Below are positions 23,925 to 38,443 of a DNA stretch of 64,000 nt, one piece after another. The stretch lies in NCBI GenBank assembly GCA_004022145.1, contig RCNU01000002.1. One strand, written 5' to 3'. This DNA is from Paecilomyces variotii. Taxonomy: Eukaryota. Numbering within the stretch: the stretch's first letter is position 1; each line of letters opens with the position of its first letter. Both the position numbers and the translations under genes were made by a program. The notes beneath the pieces were generated by a model that had not been told where the DNA came from, did no database searches, and was given only the letters and a program-made list of their open reading frames with translations.

Positions 23925-24738
23925 TTAATCCTTCTTCGGCTTCTTGGTTCCGTACTTGGAACGACTCGTCAACCGGTTACCGACACCGCCCTGTATAACA
24001 CGATTCGGGTTAGTAAAGCAGGGTCTCGTGCTTTCATGGAGGATTTTTCTAAGCGCAAATTCAAAACAATGAGGAGAACGTACCAGATCCAATGCTCCTC
24101 GGACAAGATGGTACTTGACTCCGGGACAATCCTGGGCTCTACCACCGCGGACGAGGACGACACTGTGCTGTTGGACGTTGTGGCCTGTTATAGATAGATG
24201 TGTCAGCATACAACTAGGACTATATCTGCTGAACGCTAAAGGTCCATGAGATCCCCATATGCTCCTCCCCCTCAAGTTGACAAAAAGGAGATATGAAAGG
24301 CAACGGCATTATAAACTGACCTTCACCAGGAATATAAGCCGTAATCACACGTCCACTACTCAATCTCACTCTGGCAGTCTTTCTCTCTCCCGAATTAGGC
24401 TTCTTCGGCTTCGTAATGCCCGTCTTGAGACACACGCCCTTCAACTCCGGCCGGTTGTGCAGCGCCGGCGATCGTCGCTTACGCGTGGGCTGCGGCACAC
24501 GACATCCCTTTCGGACCTGGTTGTATGTAGCTTGTGCGCGAGGGGTGCTGGAGAATGAGCGCGCCGATGACCATGCTGCAGCGGCGAAGGGCGTGCGGAG
24601 AACTGGAGTGAATGGTTTCGAGGTCCGGAGAAGAATGGACGAGGAGGGTTTGTAGCCGGAGATGGGAAATGCCAAGGGGCGAGGAGCAGTGGCTGTCCGC
24701 AGAGAGCGGAGCAGCATTGAGGAGAGTAGGGACGGCAT
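23925..24738 (-). CDS. MRPS12: Mitochondrial ribosomal protein uS12m; 3 exons
   Basis: Long presequence followed by [92 protein letters not shown]. Confidence 0.95.
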
Positions 24739-25111
24739 TATGAACTAATAACCAGAGACGGTACCGGTTTGCCGTGGCTGAATGAGGGCTGTCTATCTCC
24801 TTCGCGATAATTTAGACTCGGAGGCTCTTCTTCGACGGAGATACCGCGTCACGTGAACGCATATGGCCTTTTGCGTGTTTGGCTGCTGTGCTGTGCCGGA
24901 TGAGCTGCCTGGTACGCGCGGGCTGGCTCTCTGCCTGGCAGTCAGTCCAGACCTGGGGAAAGTGAGCTGTCCCCGACCTTGCTTTGCTTCCTACGAATAC
25001 GACCATCGCCTTTTCATTTGCTACCTGCCATTCAGATCCTGAAGAGAGATAGAAATTAGAAAGTTCTCTTCTTGCTTGGACTATATCTAGATAAGTGCAA
25101 CAATCGCCAAC

Positions 25112-25870
25112 ATGGTACGTTCAGTCTCATCCGGCGTCATCATCACCACCGCCGGTAGCTATCATAGCTGCCACATAACCCCCCGCCCTCGCAAAGGCCC
25201 TGGACATGATCATACAAAAAAAGGATCAAACGAGAATATAAATAAGGGAGAGACTATGATACTAACACCGTCTTCCAGTCTCTCCGCATCGCACCCCCGG
25301 CTGCACACCCAACCCAAACCAGCAACACCACCAACCGGAGCCACCAGCCCATCACCGCACCGCACCCCTCGAAAGGCGCTCCCTCCGCTCCCGGTCTGCG
25401 CGACACTCTCCGTGATAACCTCACTCTGCCCGCCCAGGTCGGAGCCCCTTCTGCCTCTCACATCCCCGCCCCGACATCGACGCATCCGCTCGAGGCTCGC
25501 CTGCTGGCGTGGCGCGCCACGCACGATGCCATGAAGATGGAGACGCTGCGACGGGTGTACGGTATCGCGGAACCCGTGAGACGAGGCATGGAGCTCAAGA
25601 TCGTTAAGGATGGAGAGTTTCGCCCTGCCGTTTTGGGAGGTGGAAAGCAGCCCAGTCTGCATGAAGATATCTTGGTGCTGGGTGGAAGGGATGCTGACAT
25701 TGCTTGGGAGGATGTCTTCCAGGGTATGTCGTCCCTCTTTTTTTCAACTCGTCCTCGCAATTTATTGTTATTTCAGTTACTGATATTATCTTTGTTCTAC
25801 AGGCGACGAGTTCCGAGAACCACCCACATTCCATGATGAGATGGAGAAGCGATTGAAGATGGATTTTTAA
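25112..25870 (+). CDS. UMP1: Proteasome maturation factor UMP1; first exon is the ATG only
   Basis: ATG|GTACGT intron to ..CTAAC..TTCCAG. Exon 2 has HPLEARLLAWRATHDAMKMETLRRVYGIAEPVRRGMEL and LHEDILVLGGRDADIAWEDVF. The last exon reads PTFHDEMEKRLKMDF*. Divergent from MRPS12 across ~370 nt. Confidence 0.9.
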
Positions 25871-26907
25871 TTCTGTCTGGTGATGTTGTTTTGTCATGTC
25901 CGCAAAGTCTCTTTTTTTTTCTTTCTTTCTTCTTTATTACTTGCCAGGGAACCTGGAAGGAAATGAATCAAACTTGCAATATTTCATGGATGCGGATGTA
26001 CCATAAAACGCATACAATGCTACACCTTTAGAAATCTTCATGTCTTTCTAGCATTGTCCTTTCCTTTAACAGATACAGAAGACAGGCATCGGGATTGCTT
26101 CTACGTATCTCGTTGATATACAAGAGCATACAATTTGGAGACTGCATTGATGACACAACGCGTGAACGGTCAATTCCATTCCAGTCGATCCTCGAGGAAA
26201 TCAGGACAGTAAAGAAAAGGACGGCTATCTAGTACAGACAGGCAGACAAGACACTGACGATCCATCATCTCATCGGCCACCGACATCAAACACGGGACAA
26301 GCCATTTGTGAATTCACGGAAACACGACACAGCGCAAGGGGACGGGAAACCTGTTGGGAATCGAAAATTTCAGGGGTGACGCTGCCATATAACCTAGCAT
26401 AAGAGCAGAACAAGGACAGACTGACGTGCGTCGATGAGTTGATGCGCAATCTCAGATAAACGTGTGGGCAAATGTTCCGAGGGGTAGTTGAGTGTACGGG
26501 GATTGATATGGGCTTGCAACGCAAATCGCAGGGAGGTATCAAGGGGAGCATACACGTAATATTATGCAAGAAGCAAGAAAATGTCAAAGAAGAGAGGGAA
26601 ACATTGAATACATGGAATGCAACTGAAGTAAGATCAAAACGCCGTTTCCACACGCACCGATTCCCAAAACGCGGGTAAAACAAAATGATCCGAGCCGAAA
26701 ACAGAAAAAAAAAAACAAGTCAATCAAGTTTGACCAGACGATAAATGAAGATAAGAAAGCTGCGGTAGTGACAGTGATCGGTGCAAATGACCACTGATAC
26801 CGATGAAGCCACCAGCCTATACTGATACTGGTAACCTGACACGGTAATGTGCAATTAGCGGCGATCATTGCAACTGCTCGTCATGTGAGGTACAACTTGA
26901 AAGTTGC

Positions 26908-27802
26908 TTATAAGATAACGCAATGGCAGCGAGGGCTTCTCTCGCTTGCTTCCCGTTCCCGGCTGTACTGGGCTTTGGCACCCTTGGTATCCTCTTCATC
27001 CACTACTTCTTGTGGCTTGATTGTCATGTGTACGATATTCGGGGTATCGCGACTAAACCTCGAGTCTTAAGGGATAATGTAAGCCTCGTGCATTGAGCGA
27101 ATTAAGTCAAGAGACATACCTGACAAAGGGGCTTTATCTTCTAGCAGCTTGCCGAAATAAATCAGACGAATTGAACTTGGAGACGATGGGCAAGGCTCCC
27201 ATTCTGTTAATCAATTAGCCACCTGATTGCAGTACGCGGTCCCGCGTGTACAGGACAGCAGGTCACTCGACGCTGCGGAACACACCTGGTCGCCATTCTC
27301 TCAGAATGAGTTCCTTCAGAGTATATACGCTCATGCGGAATGGATCGTAGTCTTCAACATTGACTGCTCGTTTTCGTAGATATTTCCCGTCGATCTTGAA
27401 TGGGTGTCTCGCTCCTGTGATCAAGAGAAGGGTGATAACCAGCGATGGCCCTTCATCTTCGACATCCTTTAAAGGAGTAGAGGGTTGCTCTGGCATTGAT
27501 TCGCTCTCTGGCGCACCAGCTTTTAAGTCAGACACTTCAGAATCGGCGACGTTGGTAGGCCTCGCTGTTTCTGCTTCACTCGGGGCAACAGAAGGAGCCG
27601 GTGCGGTGTTATCGCCACTTGTTGTCGGTTGCTCAATCGCGGCGCTAAGTTCCTGCTGAATCTGCGAGCTGCTGCCCTCGACTGTCTCTCGAGTCTGAGG
27701 AATCTGATTGTCCTTATCTTGGGAGACATCAACCGTCGAGGGAGCTTGGCCTTCACGGACCTCCGCCGCCAAGTCCGATTCCCGGGTATCGTTTGAAGCC
27801 AT
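26908..27802 (-). CDS. UBL3/MUB-like ubiquitin-fold protein (Rad60-SLD_2-like) with C-terminal CAAX; 3 exons
   Basis: Acidic disordered N-terminus, then LVITLLLITGARHPFKID..MSVYTLKELILREWR, WEPCPSSPSSIRLIYFGKLLEDKAPL, NIVHMTIKPQEVVDEED, ending RSPRCHCVIL*. Confidence 0.8.
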
Positions 27803-29652
27803 CACGATCGTCTCGTAGCGTCGACTATGACACACGATTGAATCGGACTGGTCCCTCGCAATGAGCGAAAGAATGCTGATGGAAAGACAACCCGAGCAAA
27901 GTACTTTAGTTCTAGGGTCGGGCGGAAGAAGCGCTGCCGTGACGTTGTTAAGGAAACGCTGGCTCCCTTGCCCCCTAGAACTAAGCGCGCAGCAACGAGA
28001 GAGACCGTCGGACGGGAGGAATACCGCTCGACAAACAACGATGGCGGAAAAAAAAGTGGCAGCAAAGGGATTGTAGACAACCCCTTTTTCAAGCTAGCCA
28101 CAGGGTGAGGGATACAAAAAAGAGGGTGGATACGGTGGTCACTGGTGGATGAGGAAATGGCAGATCAGGGTCGGCGGCTCCTCACTTGCCTCTCCGCCAG
28201 ACTCGGTCGAGAACAAACAGCCCGTGACGGGGGAGAGAAGGCGGCGCGGAGAGAGAGGCCACTAGTTAAGTCTGACAGAATCACCATCGAACAATTAATA
28301 TTATTATTTCTTTTCCAGCAACCTTCCCTTCTGGCTTTTTTGCACTGAAATGCTGATCGGGCCAAGGAGACTTTTGCGCAATGGCCGCCGTTGGCCCTAA
28401 AGTGGGTTAAAAAAGTGACATCCTGGTCAGATGCGGACAAGCCTTGCCCCTTGGCTCGTCCAACAACTTCAGCTCTCCTCGTGCAATCGTCTCTCCTAGC
28501 AAGTAGATGGATATACATCCAGTGGCTCGGGGTTAGTAAACGATGTTGACTGTCATTGATCTCAATATTTCTTGCAGTACACCCGCAACGTGGGTATTAA
28601 TGCCACCATTACCGACCATTGGCTTTTCTTGTATGTATCCTGTTATTCTTGGCATCAAATAATCTCTTCTGACATAGTACCGAGTATGTAGTATATTGCC
28701 ACCACGGGTGAACCTCTTGCGTGCAGGTTGTATTCCTAATGTTATCTCTCTCCCGTTTTTTTTGTCTTTCTGAAACCTCCGGTGAAACATTTACTTACAC
28801 CAGCCACAACGTGATCTAGATTTTCTCTACCAAAAATCCCAATGATTACAGGTTGCGCTGCCAAGCCGATTATACAAGAATCTAATTTCATACAACGGTG
28901 GGACACAATTTAGTTCGAAGATCCTAGTTGTTTAGTTGCAGGTTGTTTGCGGGTTGCTGTCGGTGACCTGTGACCTGTCCCACCTACATGCCAGCTTGCT
29001 AATGAATTGCACAAGGTGCACGGATGTGATACGACAGATATGTAGCTACTGCTCTAATTGAGCACCTGGTTGTGGACTCTCTCTTTCACGAGTTGTTGAT
29101 GTGATTGTGGCCTTATCCATATTATGTTGAACTTTACCAATTGAGCCATGATGATTGGGACATCTCTACGCAATCGGAGGCAAGCGCCAGTCATGGAGTT
29201 CTCCTGAATCAGAGAAAAGAGACCAAAATGTCATTTCAAAATCAATCCAGATGTCTATGGAGGTGATATGGTATATTCGGTGGATGATGACGAGCCGAGC
29301 TCAGGTACGGAAGGAGAGCTAGAAAGTCGAAGGATTAAGTTTATAGAGTAGCGTAGCAAAAAGCTACGTAGGTATTTTATTTTATGCATGACCCGGTAAA
29401 GTTTTCATATATAGTTACCAAGGTTAGGTAGCTATATCATGATCCCTCCTTTAATCTATCACGGACAAAACGGGCAAAGCCTCTCAATCGTCTGTTGCCT
29501 GAGGCGGCAAAGTGGGTAGAAGCACGGGCCACATGGCATTTCGCAAAGCCAGTGTGTGATATCAACGGCATGACTGCACCACCCTACAAGGCGACGCAAT
29601 CCCACTCTAAACCCCCATCTCGTCGTTCTCTTTCCGATTCAGGTCAGTTACG

Positions 29653-32235
29653 ATGTCCTTCTTCGGCTTCGACACGACCCTTCCCAGGGATCGTGCTGCC
29701 GCTGGGGGGAGGAGGGGTATATTTGAGAACCCGGATCCCTTCGCCGAAGTGGCTCGCGCCAAAGCTGGAGGCCACGACGACGACGATGATGCGTAAGTTT
29801 GGCCCTACGGTCGTTCAAGTTTTCTACAGTCGCTGATGCGCTTCATGACAGAATCGATTTCGAAGATACCTATGACGGATTGGGCGACCAGCTGGACGAA
29901 GACCAGGATGCGTTCAACGAGGACACCTTTGGAGCCGATGATGTGGGCAAGGATTTCGACTTCTTCGGCAAGACCGCACAGGTATCGGATGTCCTCAGTG
30001 AGGAGCAGTTCCGATACAGCTTGCAACATCACAAGCCGAGTCCTGCTCCTCAACAACCTGCTGCTGTGTCTACTTCTACGTCTACCGTGCAGAAACCCAA
30101 AAAGACTGGTTATGAGAAATACAACGATCCAGGATACATTCCTGAGATCACGGCCAAGTCGAGCGTATGGGGAACTACGCCAACACAGAAGTCCCATGTA
30201 GAGCCCCCGCAGGCGGCACCGGCGCCGGCGGCGTCCAGGAACATGATGAGCCTGGAGGAGGTTGAAGCTCAGATGCGCGCGCAAAGTCAACGAGTCACGG
30301 CTCCTCAGCCTGCAGTCTCGATTCCACCTGTTTCTGAGTTGCCTCCTATGCCGCAGCATGGCCAACCGATGCCTCCCATCCCCTTGGATGCTTACGCCCA
30401 AATGATTCCTGAGAGCGTTCGTTTTGAGCAGCAGGCTCAGTTTGCTCGAGGCATACCGCCTATGCAGCCCTTCCAAGGCCATCAGCAGCCGCTTCCAGAA
30501 CCATTCCCTGGGTCTGCCGTCCCGCCTCCAGCACCGTTGCAACTCTTGCAGAACCAAGCCAGACCTCAGCAGGTGCCTCAGCAGCGCCACGGTGGTCATC
30601 CACGCGTGTCTCGACAGCCGCAGCAACCGGTAATGGGACCAAATGGCCCGTTGCCGGTTATTACCAACCCTCAGCAGCTGATGAACCTTCCGGAAGACCA
30701 GCGCATGGCTTATCTCGTCGAAGATGCCAAGCGGGCCAAGCGTAACCACAAAATCTTCCTTCTCTCGAGAGGCAATGGCTTGATGACTCCTCAGGACAAG
30801 AACTTCATCACGCGCATTCAGCTGCAGCAATTGGTAGCTGCGACAGGAAATATGGCCGACCCAGACCCGGAGGCTGTTTTGTCCGAAGACTTCTACTATC
30901 AGGTCTACAGCCAGATTCGAGGTGCTCCAAGGCAGCACCCTCGCCAACCTCTTGGCCACTTTGCTCAGACATACCTCTTTCAAACAGGTAGCCGCACCGG
31001 TGGTCATGGCCGGAGGCACTATCAAAATGCGGATAACCACATGCAGAGGATGCAGCAACAGGTCCAGCGTGCTGTGGAGGCCGCGAAGCTCAAGCCCAAG
31101 AATAAGCAGTTGATCATCGAAGGCAGCTTGGGAAAGATTTCGTTCAGCAATGCCAAGACTCCCAAGCCTTTGCTTAATATCAAGCGCCCGGAGAGTTCAG
31201 AGGGCGTCAAAACCGCGAAGAAAACGACGCATACGGAACTGAGCCCGAGTGATCGCAAATCGATCCTTAAAAACATTGAAAGTGTCTACGGAGCTCTGAT
31301 GAAGATGGAAGATATGGAACGTAATATGCCTCCGCCGCCGGATGAGAGTGATCCCGAAGCTATTTCCCGGCACATGGAATGGAGACAGAAGATTCAGGCT
31401 CTCAACCAGAAACTCTGGCAAGAACTGAAGGTCATGGAGCCCATCGTACCCGGATCGGTCACCCCTCACCCGTTCATCGCGTTCTTGTCATACTCGAAGG
31501 GAAAGAAGGCCATCCCTCGTATATTCCGGCATATTGACCAGGAGCAGCGGGTCACCATCCTTACCATGATTGTCGTCCACCTGGACTCGCTCGATGTGGT
31601 GCGCTGGGCCCAGCCCCGGCTTGGTGAGGTTCAACCACCTGCGGCGGTGCGGGAGGAGATCGAGCTCTTCTCCCAAGCTGTCATGCCCAGCCTTCTCGGC
31701 TATGTGAGCGAAGCCCCCTTCAACATTATCATCGGTCTATTGGGCCTGGTCCTTGCCCAGACGCAGGTACAGACCGTGGCCCGAACCAAAGTCGGTCTTG
31801 GCATCCTCACAATGCTCCTCAGCCGTGCTGAGATCGTGAAGGAGGCCGGCCAGGCCGATGAGCGGGATTGGCAGCAATGGACCGAGAAATTCAATGTTCT
31901 CTTCGACACTCTTGAACCGATCCTGGCTGACATCTTCCCTGGATCCATCAACACTGGGGATGATATGTACGTGTGGCAGTTCCTCGCTGCCGTGGGTATC
32001 GGAGCGAGCCCGGAACAACAGCAGCGCTTGGTTATCGCAGTCAAGTGAGTTATCCCTCTGATCCGAAGTTTTCATTTTTCTGTCTATGGAGGCATTCTAA
32101 CCGGCATGCAGGGACCGAGTCATGGAGACAGTAGCCCAGAGTAAGACACTGCCTGCTGACATGGCCAGTCAGCGATTGAGCAATGTCAACCTCTTCATGC
32201 GGGCCATTGGACTGGACGTCGAGCTCCTCGGCTAG
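29653..32235 (+). CDS. PAT1: mRNA decapping activator / P-body protein Pat1; 3 exons
   Basis: Starts MSFFGFDTTLP. Contains DAFNEDTFG, MMSLEEVEAQM, LMTPQDKNFITRIQLQQL, EDFYYQVY, GSLGKISFSNAKTP, YVWQFLAAVGIGASPEQQQRLVIAVK and ends VNLFMRAIGLDVELLG*. Confidence 0.95.
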
Positions 32236-33447
32236 ACCCATCCTCTAAATATCCGGTCCGCGACCTCCTTCAGTCTCCTACTATCTAATTATACGCGCCA
32301 TTAGGGCTGCAGTGACACCCATGACTTAATCCACGACTGACCGGACGATGACATGCGGAATGAAACCACGATTTTGAGCGCGAATGCATGGGATGACCAT
32401 ATCTGGAGTATTATTTTCGGGCCGAAAGCCGAAGCACTCCCGGGGGAGGGAAATATCGAACCCCTGGCATGGGGTGACCATGGACACGAGATGAGTCTTT
32501 GGAGGCAACGCGGACTGGCACATGAGGCCAAAAATACTTTCTACACTTCTACGTCCGTTGCTGCGTGGCCGTAGCAGTGAACGCGATACATATTCCCCAA
32601 TGAATCAGATTGTACAGTATATGCCGATGCATGTGTTAGTTATACGAGTAGCCCTTAAGATCACGTATGATGTCGAGACGATCGACCCAGCTGTTGGTGG
32701 CCGAAGTTGGCCAACCGGAGAAAAACCAGGCCTTCGGAACAGGCGACCCGGGCGCGAGATCGACTTGCAGTATGGAGTATCTAATATAACATGGAAGGGA
32801 ATTAATTGTAGGATACGCAGATCTTGGCATGACTCGTGCTTAGCGGGGTGACGGCGCAATGAACACTGGGGACGCCCAGATAGCATGGTCGATTGCATGA
32901 CGAGTCTGCGAGAGATCATGATATCTGAGAAATTACAGAGATTCGAGAGAGCCGTTCGAGCAACTCGGGCGATCAATCACGATGTCACTGGTGGCGTCTA
33001 GCTGGTACGAGATCGAAAACGTGCGAGCGTGAAATGAACGGGTTGAAGCAATCAAATCGATTAATTAATTGATTAATCTCCATGGCGGCCCCTGAAACCT
33101 TCAGCTCCATCCCGCGTACTGTCGGGTGATCGTCCTGGCAATAATAACACGCGTGCCGATCAGATGCTGTGCTGTCCTCTCCGACCACCTTTTTATCTCT
33201 CTCGCTTCCCCTCGTTGGTTTTTCCCTCCCTCTCTCTATCCTCTCGTCTCTCTCTGCCAGCAAAGCCATTGTGGAAAAGCATTGAAGGCATCCAACTCTT
33301 CCTCCAGATCAATTACCCCGCCTCTAGCAGACCCCACCATCTGCACGTAATCAATCAGTCTCGTTGTTTAGCCCGAGTCCGATTCGATCGCTCTCCACCG
33401 TCCCTCCATCGTCGTCACCAAGCGTTAGCTATCCCACTACTACAATA

Positions 33448-34799
<1,352 letters not shown>

Positions 34800-35413
34800 A
34801 ATCACAAGGAGTTGATTGGTCTCCAGGTTCGCAAAGTGTGCAGCCCTGCCCACTCACTACTCTAGTAAAGGAAGAAAAAGAAATGAATTACGACAGTTGG
34901 GAGGATATCGGGCAGGAACAGGAGGGAGAGCGGGAACGAAACGAAATAAAAAACAGACCACATAGGCACCCTTTGTATCCCACTCGATTCTGGAAGCTTA
35001 AAACAAACAAAGCAAGAGGATCTAGACAGGAAGAGAGAACAGGAGATGCCTGACGCTTGGAATATAGGATATAGCGTCCCGTTTTTGGACATTTTAGCCG
35101 TCCTTTCTACATAAATTACCCCTAGACAGTTATAGAAATCAAGACTTTTTTTGACATGATCTTTATTTAATTGGTTCGTATATGTGGTTTAAAGGGGACA
35201 TTGCCTGCCTTATGATACTTGTAATTTTGAATGGACCGTTCCGAGCTGGCATGCGCATTAATTATTAGGGATCTCCTACTAGATATTGGGTATAACTATA
35301 TACGTATATTGCAACTATAATTAGATACAGGAATTAACTTGGCAGGATTCCATAATCAATCCCTATTTTTGTGATCCTCAATGTAACGAAGCCACACCCA
35401 TTCTCATTTCTAT

Positions 35414-36819
35414 TTATTTCGCTTTACGACTCCTTCTGGATCCGGGGGTCTGCTGAGCCTTAGCAGATCCAGAGCTTTCACTCGTAGTAGTGTCCTGCTG
35501 CTGTTTCTTTTTCTTCTCTTCCTCCTCCTTTTCTTTCTTCTCCAACGCTCTCCTGACAGCCCCTTCTTTCTCCTTAGCTTCGATTTGCTTCTCGCTGAAT
35601 TCCCACAGCCGCTTGGCAACTGCTTCGTCTTTGATTTCCTTCCGGAGTAAATCGACCTCGCGACACTCCTTGATGAACCAGGGGCCGGTGCCACGGCCGA
35701 ATTTGGCTTCCATGGTCGCGTAGAGGAAGCTCTGGGCGCCCTGTTGGGGAGATTTGAGGATCAACCACCACAGTGGCCATGTGAGGAGATAGAAGAGGAG
35801 ACCCCAGAGAGAGCCGCGGGTGAGCCAGCGACGGGTTCCTGGCGTACGGCAGAAACCCGGGTCGACGATGAGGACGCGCGCGTTGACTGGGAATTTGTCC
35901 GGTCTTTTGTACGAGGAGAGGTGAGACTGGAAGGAATTGGCGAAAGTCATTAGGGCGAGTTTCGTCATGCCGAACATATTGTGCTTCTTGTGCGTGTTGG
36001 TGTTCTGCTTTGTTGCCGTGGCTGTCTTGCCTTTACCTCTTGGCTTCGCTGTTGTTGTCGTTGTGTTTGCAACGGCTGCGCCTTCAGTCTGCTTTAGATC
36101 TATCGTGCCGCCGATGTAGCTTGAGCAAGTAGCAAAGACGATCCGCACGTCTCTGTCCGGTGGCTGGGCTCGTATGGCAGGGCTCAGGATGCTTAGCAGA
36201 TGGAAATTGGCCAGGTAGTTGATCTGCCATTCCGCGTCCAGCCCATCCTTGGTTATTTCTCTTTGTCCGCCCTGAGGCACCGCCGTATTTCCACAGAGGA
36301 TGATCATATCCAGACGCCGTGGCGGGGCATTGTCAACCCATTTTGTAGCGAAGGTGCGGATGGAATGGAGAGAGGACAGGTCGACTTGTTCTGCGTATAT
36401 GAGCTGGTTCTTGGTCGAGGTCCGTAGGTCTTGGATGTAGTCGACGAGGAAGATATCAGAGGGCGGATGTTGAGTTAAGAGGATGATCTGGGCGCCGCGA
36501 GATGCGAGTTCGTGGACGATGGCAGCTCCTATTCCAGATGTTCCTCCCTACATTGTGAATGAAACAGATCAGCCATTTGTATCTTACTAAAAAAAAAAAA
36601 GGGTATATTAGATTTGTATCAGGAAATCACTGTTCCACTCACCGTGATCATTACCACCTTCGAGTGCATCAATCGCTCCGACTTATTGCTCGCGCCGCCA
36701 AAGTACACCTTGAGCGCCGCGAGAAGGATCAGCCATGGCACGACCTTCAGCACGGGATAGAGATAAGGAATGGACGGGAAGCCCTCGCTGACACCCTTGA
36801 CGATGAAATGGACGGGCAT
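35414..36819 (-). CDS. Short-chain dehydrogenase/reductase with N-terminal membrane anchor (yeast PBR1/YNL181W-like); 2 exons
   Basis: Hydrophobic N-terminus, KVVMIT|GGTSGIGAAIVHELASRGAQ, QVDLSSLHSIRTFATKW, INYLANFHLLSIL, VDPGFCRTPGTRRWL. Confidence 0.88.
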
Positions 36820-37101
36820 GGTATTAGCGTCGAGCCCCCGGGATTATTGTTGAAAGAGTGTGTGGTTGGAGTTCTCAAAAAAGACACTCGATGCTGATTA
36901 TTACGTTCCTGGAGAGAGAGCAGCCACTCTATCGGATAATGCTTAGCGGACGATCTCCCGCCGCCGCGGATATGACTTCACTTGTCGACCAGTTGCCTCC
37001 GTTCAAGTTCTCTCTATCTCATTTTCTCCCTCGCCCACTTCGTCTGCGGGGGAATCAGAGACAGGTATTTATGGTATTCTTTGATTTATTTTCGCATAAT
37101 A

Positions 37102-37962
37102 ATGTCCTACGAAGACGACGATTATTTCCTCCCACTCGAAGACCAGCGCGTCTTTGGCGCAGGCATCCGGAGGAAGCGCGTGCAATTCGTCCCCTCCGCA
37201 GAGACTCTCAACACTACAGACGATGTCTCGAATGCTTCTCAAGCAGCGCGCCAGTCAAGTGAACCTGCTGCAAGTATTGCAGATCGATATCTATCTATCG
37301 TACTTCCAAAGGAAGCAAAAACACCATCAAAATCAGAAGACACACAGCGGGAACAGACTAAGGAGTTAGAAGAAGAAGAGGCCCTCAGATCCTCCGCGCC
37401 ACCATCACTGCCCACCACAACCATATCGCCGTCGCAGGACCTATCCTCGCTCAAAGGACCAGCTTCTACACCAGAGACCGCAGAACGATGCGAAGTCTGC
37501 AACCTTCCTCTCGTCCCCGCAGTCTCGCAAACGGCCTCCTCGTCGTCTGACGGGAAGAAGATCCTCCCTCATGAAGCTTCTCTCGTGCACCAGCTCTGTC
37601 TCTCACACTCTCACCCTCCCTCCCACCTCGATCGTACACGACATGGTCTGCGCTACCTAGAATCATACGGCTGGGATCCCGATAGTAGACTTGGTCTTGG
37701 CGCGCCAGGACGAGAAGGGATTCGAGAACCGATCAAGAGCCGCGTGAAGAACGATACCGTCGGATTAGGCGTCAAGATTGACCCGCTCAAGGCTAAAGCG
37801 TCCGCGAAGGAGGCCAAGGTGCAGAAGTTGAATGCGAAGGAGGTGAGGAAGATGGAGATGGAAGGGAAGAAGAAACGGGAGCGGTTGCAGGAAATGTTTT
37901 ATCGGAATGAGGATATCGAGCGGTATTTGGGAGGCGGTGGTCGTGTTCAAGGTTTGAGATGA
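37102..37962 (+). CDS. G-patch domain protein with Cys/His (zinc-finger-like) segment
   Basis: Starts MSYEDDDYFLP. Has CEVC...HEASLVHQLC followed by the G-patch HGLRYLESYGWDPDSRLGLGAPGREGIREPIKSRVKNDTVGLG. Confidence 0.85.
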   Translation: MSYEDDDYFLPLEDQRVFGAGIRRKRVQFVPSAETLNTTDDVSNASQAARQSSEPAASIADRYLSIVLPKEAKTPSKSEDTQREQTKELEEEEALRSSAPPSLPTTTISPSQDLSSLKGPASTPETAERCEVCNLPLVPAVSQTASSSSDGKKILPHEASLVHQLCLSHSHPPSHLDRTRHGLRYLESYGWDPDSRLGLGAPGREGIREPIKSRVKNDTVGLGVKIDPLKAKASAKEAKVQKLNAKEVRKMEMEGKKKRERLQEMFYRNEDIERYLGGGGRVQGLR

Positions 37963-38443
37963 TATCGAATTGGGACGGGTGAATTGCATATTTTGCTGTT
38001 CCATGGCATTGTTTACATTGTATATACGATTGTGGTTCTTTGGCTTTTGTTATGATACCCCATACAGTTATTTGAGTTTTTTTATTTTTTTTTTTTTTTT
38101 TCAGATTCGGGATGCAGGACGCTGAGCTATAGATAATAGATATTGGGATCTCTCTGGGTTGAAAGATTTCCGCGCTACGGTTATCTGCGCTTTGCATGTT
38201 ACATACAAGATAGAGCACCGACTCAAGAAGAACGAGCAGATATCATCCACACCAAGACAAAAAAAATGCGTATGCTCGGTTTTTGTACCATTGGAAATGC
38301 TCAGGGAATTGCGGATTCGAAGCAGGATGGTATCAACGCGCTAAAAGTAGGATAAGGAAGAGGGGAAGCAGACAAGACACGGAACCAGTAACGGGGAGGA
38401 TATCATGATCGGTGGGACTTGCTTTTGGCATTGCTTCCCAGGT

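Noticed and set aside
25016..25030. TTTGCTACC upstream of UMP1 resembling an Rpn4/PACE element
   Set aside because: One mismatch to the yeast consensus and too short to support.
29805..31058. 417-aa minus-strand ORF
   Set aside because: Antisense to PAT1, with a composition typical of a reverse-frame artefact.
38076..38101. Long T run (also A runs near 18552 and 36589)
   Set aside because: Ordinary homopolymers in UTR, intron or decayed DNA, with no retrocopy or target-site duplication evidence.
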